This document shows, piece by piece, positions 23,379 through 27,781 of a stretch of DNA of 27,781 nucleotides. Below the pieces are notes generated by a model. It saw only the letters and a list, made by a program, of their open reading frames with translations. It was not told the DNA's origin and ran no database searches. Every line of letters begins with the position of its first letter. The stretch's first letter is position 1. A program made the position numbers and the translations under genes. This stretch comes from Oligoflexales bacterium. Its GTDB lineage: Bacteria > Bdellovibrionota_B > Oligoflexia > Oligoflexales > CAIMVM01. The stretch is taken from assembly GCA_964201885.1 (NCBI GenBank), contig CAXNGG010000001.1, forward strand, positions 1 through 27,781. The letters run 5' to 3'.

Positions 23379-24563
23379 CTACAAAAGCCCGAAATACCCC
23401 AGGAAGGCACCCGCAACCACTAGCCAAAAAGAATTTACTTTATACCGAATCAGGGTGAACAAACTCACCAAAAAAAGAAGTCCCGCCGAAAAAGAATCCA
23501 TCGTTCCAGAAGCCATGCTCAGGGTGACTCCCACCATAAGGCTTAAGGACGCTACATTGATCCCATCTAATACTAGAGAAGCCACCTTAGATCCCCGCAG
23601 CTTACTGAGATAGGGAGCGCTCAAAGCCACAAATACGAAAGCCGGAAGAAAGATACCGATCGTCGCTAGAACAGCTCCTTTATGTCCTGCTAAAAGAAAT
23701 CCGATAAACGTCGCGGTTGTGAATACGGGCCCTGGGGTAAATTGACCGACTGCTACCGCATCAAAAAGCTGTTGTTGGGTCAGCCATTGAAATTTGTCTA
23801 CTAAATCATTTTGAAGAAACGACAGCAAAACATACCCGCTGCCAAAGAGCATCGAGCCCACTTTACTAAAATAGCCGAGGATCCCACTAGATGTAGGAAC
23901 CTCTGGAACCACTAACGAGGCGGGAAGGAGCCAAGAAGCCAAACAAAACAGAAGCGCCAGACCCAAAAGACTTAGGACGCCATATTTTCGCCCGGGGAGA
24001 GGTTCCTTTCTTCGTAAACACAAATTAAGCAAGCCTGCCAAAAGTAGGATTTGAACCTCTTGTTTGAAAACAAGATACAGTGCCAATGACAACCCGCCAA
24101 GAACCCATAGAAGCCGATCCTTAAGTGCTGTTCTCGAAAGACTTGACATGGCCTGTACAACGACTGCCAAAACCACCGGCTTGACCCCCAAAAAAACATC
24201 CTGAAACTTTGGCACATCCCCAAGTTGCACATAAAGTGAAGCCATAAGCCAAACTATCAAAAAAGCGGGAAGAATAAAACAAACACCAGCTACAAGTAAA
24301 CCACGCCAACCCGCAGTTCTATAACCAATATGAATCGCCATTTCCGTAGAATTAGGACCTGGAATCAACTGGGTGGCTCCCAAAAGATCTAAAAATTCCT
24401 CTTTTGAGATCCATGATCTTCGGCGAACTAAGTCCTCTTCCATCATCGCTATATGAACTGCTGGACCACCAAAGGAAGTAGCTCCAAGCTTTAAAAAGAC
24501 TTTAGCTAGATCCTTAAGACTAGGGGGATTATTAAGTTTTATAGACTTCGGATCGCTCAGCAT
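23379..24563 (-). CDS. chrA: Chromate efflux transporter ChrA (start probably near ATG 24563; the ORF track starts at 24647)
   Basis: FLKLGATSFGGP, LIPGPNSTEMAIHIG, FGSGYVLLSFL and VGQFTPGPVFTTATFIG; two homologous halves. Confidence 0.95.
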   Translation of the reverse strand: MLSDPKSIKLNNPPSLKDLAKVFLKLGATSFGGPAVHIAMMEEDLVRRRSWISKEEFLDLLGATQLIPGPNSTEMAIHIGYRTAGWRGLLVAGVCFILPAFLIVWLMASLYVQLGDVPKFQDVFLGVKPVVLAVVVQAMSSLSRTALKDRLLWVLGGLSLALYLVFKQEVQILLLAGLLNLCLRRKEPLPGRKYGVLSLLGLALLFCLASWLLPASLVVPEVPTSSGILGYFSKVGSMLFGSGYVLLSFLQNDLVDKFQWLTQQQLFDAVAVGQFTPGPVFTTATFIGFLLAGHKGAVLATIGIFLPAFVFVALSAPYLSKLRGSKVASLVLDGINVASLSLMVGVTLSMASGTMDSFSAGLLFLVSLFTLIRYKVNSFWLVVAGAFLGYFGLL

Positions 24564-24937
24564 CTCAAACCTTAAAGTAAAATTAAAACTATCTTCGTCA
24601 AACCACTGAATCAAACTCATTGAGTCAAAAGAGAATCCTACGAGCAAGACTTAATCTAAAAAAGACAAAAATGGGTCGACAGATTAAACACTTACTCTAC
24701 CTGAACTTAAAGAAACGATAAATTCTATTCTACATGAAAATGAAATATGGCTATCGAAGACCCACCGAACTCTGCCGTCGTCAATCAAGTTAATTTTTCG
24801 AAAAAATCTCTGAAGAATTTTGAAAAGAGGGACAAGTCAGCTCAAAATTTCAGCCAAAAAGCCATGTTTTTGACATAAAAGCATATCTAATAGAAATAAA
24901 CGGGTCGCGACATTGTTTTTTCGAAAACCCAATCAAC

Positions 24938-26086
24938 TTAGGGCTGAATAAACACCTGGGCGAAACCGCCTCCTGGGGTTCTGAAATTTGTAGCTTGACC
25001 TTGATAAACTCGAGTGGACACCCAAAGAATTCTACCTGCATAGACAAAGAGGCGAACATCAAATTTCATAGTTTTCTCTGAACCCATCTCACCTACGGAA
25101 ATCTCACCAGGTGCAAAGTATTTTTGGGCCATGTACCCACCTTGTCTAATCATGGACCAAACCTTTTTGGTGATTTTGTCACCACGATAGACGGCTCGGG
25201 CTCCAAAACCATTAATAGGCTTGAAATAGAGATTCCTCCGATGAGCCCAAAGGGCATCTTCATTGGAGGCATTGACTTCCCCAGTTCTAGGAATACCATT
25301 CTCTAAAATTTCTAGAGTCTCTGCAGCTATACCAAAGGTCTTCAGCAAACTATTGTCCGACAAAATCCCAAGATTTCTCTTGTCTGCGCAGAGGGCGTAG
25401 GATCTCGGGTTCGGAGTCACAAGAGCTAACTTTTCGAGATAAGCTTGACGAATCACCTTCAATACCGGATCTTGCAAATAAAAATCAGTTAGACGATTGT
25501 AAACCAAATCAATGCGCAAATTTTTCACCCAAAGTGAGCCCTCATGCAGAGTCACCTCACTGGGATCTGCTATCACACAGTCTATTCCATGTTTTAGAAA
25601 TAGCTCTTGAAATAAGAGGAATTCAGGATACAAAAATTGCTGGTCAGGATTCTCATCAATAATCGCTATAGTTTTCAGTGGCCTGGAAGGATTGAATTTT
25701 AGCCACTCTCGCTCAAACATTGAAATCACTTCTGAGTCAAATGTCTCGGCTTGCAGCGGAAAAGACGACTCAGTATGTTTTTCGGTATTGGAATCCAATC
25801 TCCTCGTAAACGCAGCACTAAGCAAGGCACCACCTGGGTTGGTATTGATTTCAATTAGCCCGACACCTTGCTGATTGACGTGAAAGTCATAGGCTAAAAA
25901 GAGCTCTGATTTGTCCAAATCATCGTGGTACATATCGGGCAATCTTGAATAAACTAACCTTTGATACCTTTTGCAATCAAAAACGCTTTCCACGGCTTGA
26001 ACCAAATCTGACATTTCTTCTAACTGCTTTTTTGATAAAACTATAGTTTTTGAACAGTAAAAATCAGAATGAATCTCAATAGCCAT
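24938..26086 (-). CDS. ATP-grasp fold protein (glutathione synthase/Gsp synthase-like superfamily), substrate unknown
   Basis: DFHV....LIEINTNPGG, DLVYNRLTDF, ADKRNL, YFKPINGFG, QKYFAP and KFDVRLFVY...RVYQGQATNFRTPGGGFA. Confidence 0.75.
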   Translation of the reverse strand: MAIEIHSDFYCSKTIVLSKKQLEEMSDLVQAVESVFDCKRYQRLVYSRLPDMYHDDLDKSELFLAYDFHVNQQGVGLIEINTNPGGALLSAAFTRRLDSNTEKHTESSFPLQAETFDSEVISMFEREWLKFNPSRPLKTIAIIDENPDQQFLYPEFLLFQELFLKHGIDCVIADPSEVTLHEGSLWVKNLRIDLVYNRLTDFYLQDPVLKVIRQAYLEKLALVTPNPRSYALCADKRNLGILSDNSLLKTFGIAAETLEILENGIPRTGEVNASNEDALWAHRRNLYFKPINGFGARAVYRGDKITKKVWSMIRQGGYMAQKYFAPGEISVGEMGSEKTMKFDVRLFVYAGRILWVSTRVYQGQATNFRTPGGGFAQVFIQP

Positions 26087-26348
26087 GTTTTAAAATCCTA
26101 GATCACTCAACTCTTAATCAAGCCACTTGTAGAATGGAACATATCAGAGGCAAAGATGTAAGCAACACTTATAAACGGTTCTCAGGACTTTTATGAGCAG
26201 CATTCCAGTTTCCAGGCATCTTTTTGGAGGGCAGAGCCTTCATCATCATCAAGAAACCACCTTCTATTAAACAGGCCATTAAGGCTGCGGAAACCATGAA
26301 CTTATTCTTAGGCCTAAGCATTAAAATGGGCGCAATTTCAACCTTTTA

Positions 26349-26891
26349 TTATTTCCCCCCGCGGCAAGACTCTGCCTTTGTTGCTTGAGAAGCTACAAGG
26401 AAACGATCATAAACATCTTTTAAATACCCATAAGGATCTACAAATTTTTTTTGCACGGAATCTAAGGCTTTTAGACTCTCATTGGAGAGGCGACAAATCT
26501 CTTCTTGGCTTTTACTTTTCACTATACTTTTGGATATCTCAATTATATCGACATTTGAAGCATAGTACTCATTCTTATATGCTTCCTTTGCGAGGTTAAG
26601 ATAGTCATAGACACTGGAACTAGTGCTTGTCAAACCAAAACCTGTATTGCACTCAGCAGAATCTTTTCCTTGAGGCAGACGACATTGATATTGAAGTGCC
26701 TTGGCATGTTCATCACTTGCACCAGCTTTAAGTTGTTCGCTATTCGGGTCTTTTTTCGCCGGAATCAACCCCGGATTCAACTCCATATTCTCACCTGTCT
26801 TTGTTGAGGAATTATCTGCCACATTAGAATTGCAAGAAATCACTGAAACAATAACTCCTAGGAACATCATTTTTTTGCATTTTGAATGCAT
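26349..26891 (-). CDS. Hypothetical lipoprotein (180 aa)
   Basis: SD AGGGG; lipobox VISC; Cys pairs; helical C-terminal half. Confidence 0.75.
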   Translation of the reverse strand: MHSKCKKMMFLGVIVSVISCNSNVADNSSTKTGENMELNPGLIPAKKDPNSEQLKAGASDEHAKALQYQCRLPQGKDSAECNTGFGLTSTSSSVYDYLNLAKEAYKNEYYASNVDIIEISKSIVKSKSQEEICRLSNESLKALDSVQKKFVDPYGYLKDVYDRFLVASQATKAESCRGGK

Positions 26892-26911
26892 ATCGACCCC
26901 CTAAAAGTTAA

Positions 26912-27748
26912 TTAAAATCTGGGCCCAGTTGTGTGAATTGCGGTAGAATTGATAATTTCCAATATCGGCGATTTAGAAATGTATGACCAGGAAGATAGCT
27001 TACTAAATCCCACAATATTAGAATTGTAAATTGTGACATTTTTTGCTCCTTTTTCCGGCAAAAAGTCCACAAAAGAAATTCCCTTAAAATCGGCGTCGGT
27101 CAGCCTTAGTTCACCGAGTATGCGATAAGGTAAACTTTTTAAAGAACTAATATTCCTAATCTCCTTCTGAGAAGACCCCTTTCCATCTATAACTAGCCCA
27201 TTTATATTAGTCATAATTGTGAGAATGGAATAGTCATCAAAACTCAAGTTTTTACTGCGGTGTAGATAGACATCTGTATCAGTAACACTTTTACTTAATT
27301 CAACCAATTGACCACATGCGCTTTCCAATGGGACATCTTTTTTGCCATTAAAGCGCAAAATTTCTGCCGCCGTAGACTTCTGTTCGTTAGTTGCATCTTT
27401 ACAATCTTTTAGGATCGGTTGGTTCGATTTCGTGGGGATTTCGCATTTAACTTTTCCTGTTTCGCAAGGATTAGTAGCTTGCAAAAATCCTGAATAACAA
27501 TCTACTGCTGAGACCAAACCGTTATCTTCGCCTGGATCCAACTCGCCGTTACCATTCAAATCATAATAGTAATTTTGAGTCACTCCACCTTCTGGACATT
27601 TCCCCTCAGGTGCTGGGGTTAGTGCCATATCCACCAGAAATCCATTGCGGATAGGTTGAGCTTTATCAGCTACAGCCAAATCACTCCCCCCATTAGGCCC
27701 ACATGAACCTGTGATCGTAACAGCGATGCTTAAAATATATTTTTTCAT
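26912..27748 (-). CDS. Hypothetical lipoprotein with a 'CPxGG...D.NGNG.LD' module and a C-terminal LRR-like region
   Basis: SD GAGGAG; lipobox TGSC; PAPEGKCPEGGVTQNYYYDLNGNGELDPGE; LRR-like strings (ISSLKSLPY, LGELRLT, ISFVDFL, AKNVTIYNSNI). Confidence 0.75.
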   Translation of the reverse strand: MKKYILSIAVTITGSCGPNGGSDLAVADKAQPIRNGFLVDMALTPAPEGKCPEGGVTQNYYYDLNGNGELDPGEDNGLVSAVDCYSGFLQATNPCETGKVKCEIPTKSNQPILKDCKDATNEQKSTAAEILRFNGKKDVPLESACGQLVELSKSVTDTDVYLHRSKNLSFDDYSILTIMTNINGLVIDGKGSSQKEIRNISSLKSLPYRILGELRLTDADFKGISFVDFLPEKGAKNVTIYNSNIVGFSKLSSWSYISKSPILEIINSTAIHTTGPRF

Positions 27749-27772
27749 AAGCTCCTCGATTGAACACTAATC

Positions 27773-27780
27773 CTATCGGC
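27773..27780 (-). promoter_or_regulatory. Possible sigma28/FliA -10 element (GCCGATAG)
   Basis: One mismatch to the GCCGATAA consensus, 25 nt upstream of ATG 27748. The -35 element would lie outside the window. Confidence 0.4.
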
Positions 27781-27781
27781 T

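Noticed and set aside
26150..26330. 50-aa minus-strand frame (MLRPKNKFMVSAALMACL...) containing TTAATGGCCTG, which matches the element end
   Set aside because: An 11-bp match can arise by chance, and there is no SD, motif or further similarity to the element.
6188..26904. The many short ORFs in the track nested within or antisense to long genes (e.g. 7990..8289, 18693..19214, 21918..22262, 23314..23613)
   Set aside because: They fully overlap well-supported CDSs and have no motifs or SD, so they are treated as shadow frames.

Overview
The window has two parts. About 1-5.5 kb is a decaying accessory region: the 3' end of a Fic-like/wHTH gene, small secreted Cys-rich proteins, two ~365-bp direct copies of a probable IS91/ISCR-type end fragment flanking a lipoprotein subtilase, a truncated lipoprotein and a frameshifted higA remnant. 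The remainder is intact chromosomal sequence: TIGR01777 epimerase, LptF/G permease, minimal PBP transpeptidase, IPNS-like 2OG oxygenase, M4/M36-like metalloprotease lipoprotein, a 310-aa lipoprotein, a TPR-TPR-trypsin-PilT operon, a membrane PP2C phosphatase, ChrA, an ATP-grasp protein and two more lipoproteins. The density of exported lipoproteins and proteases, an extended PilT and a MYXO-CTERM-like tail suggest a Bdellovibrionota/Oligoflexia- or Myxococcota-like, possibly predatory host (inference only). The top observation is 12716..13648 (-). By eye it follows the bacterial gasdermin (bGSDM) pattern along its whole core, but it has a Sec/SPII lipoprotein signal whose Cys sits where bGSDMs carry their acylated Cys. 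An exported metalloprotease follows on the same strand. This is a candidate exported, protease-activated gasdermin pore system. No searches were run; all family calls are motif recognition.
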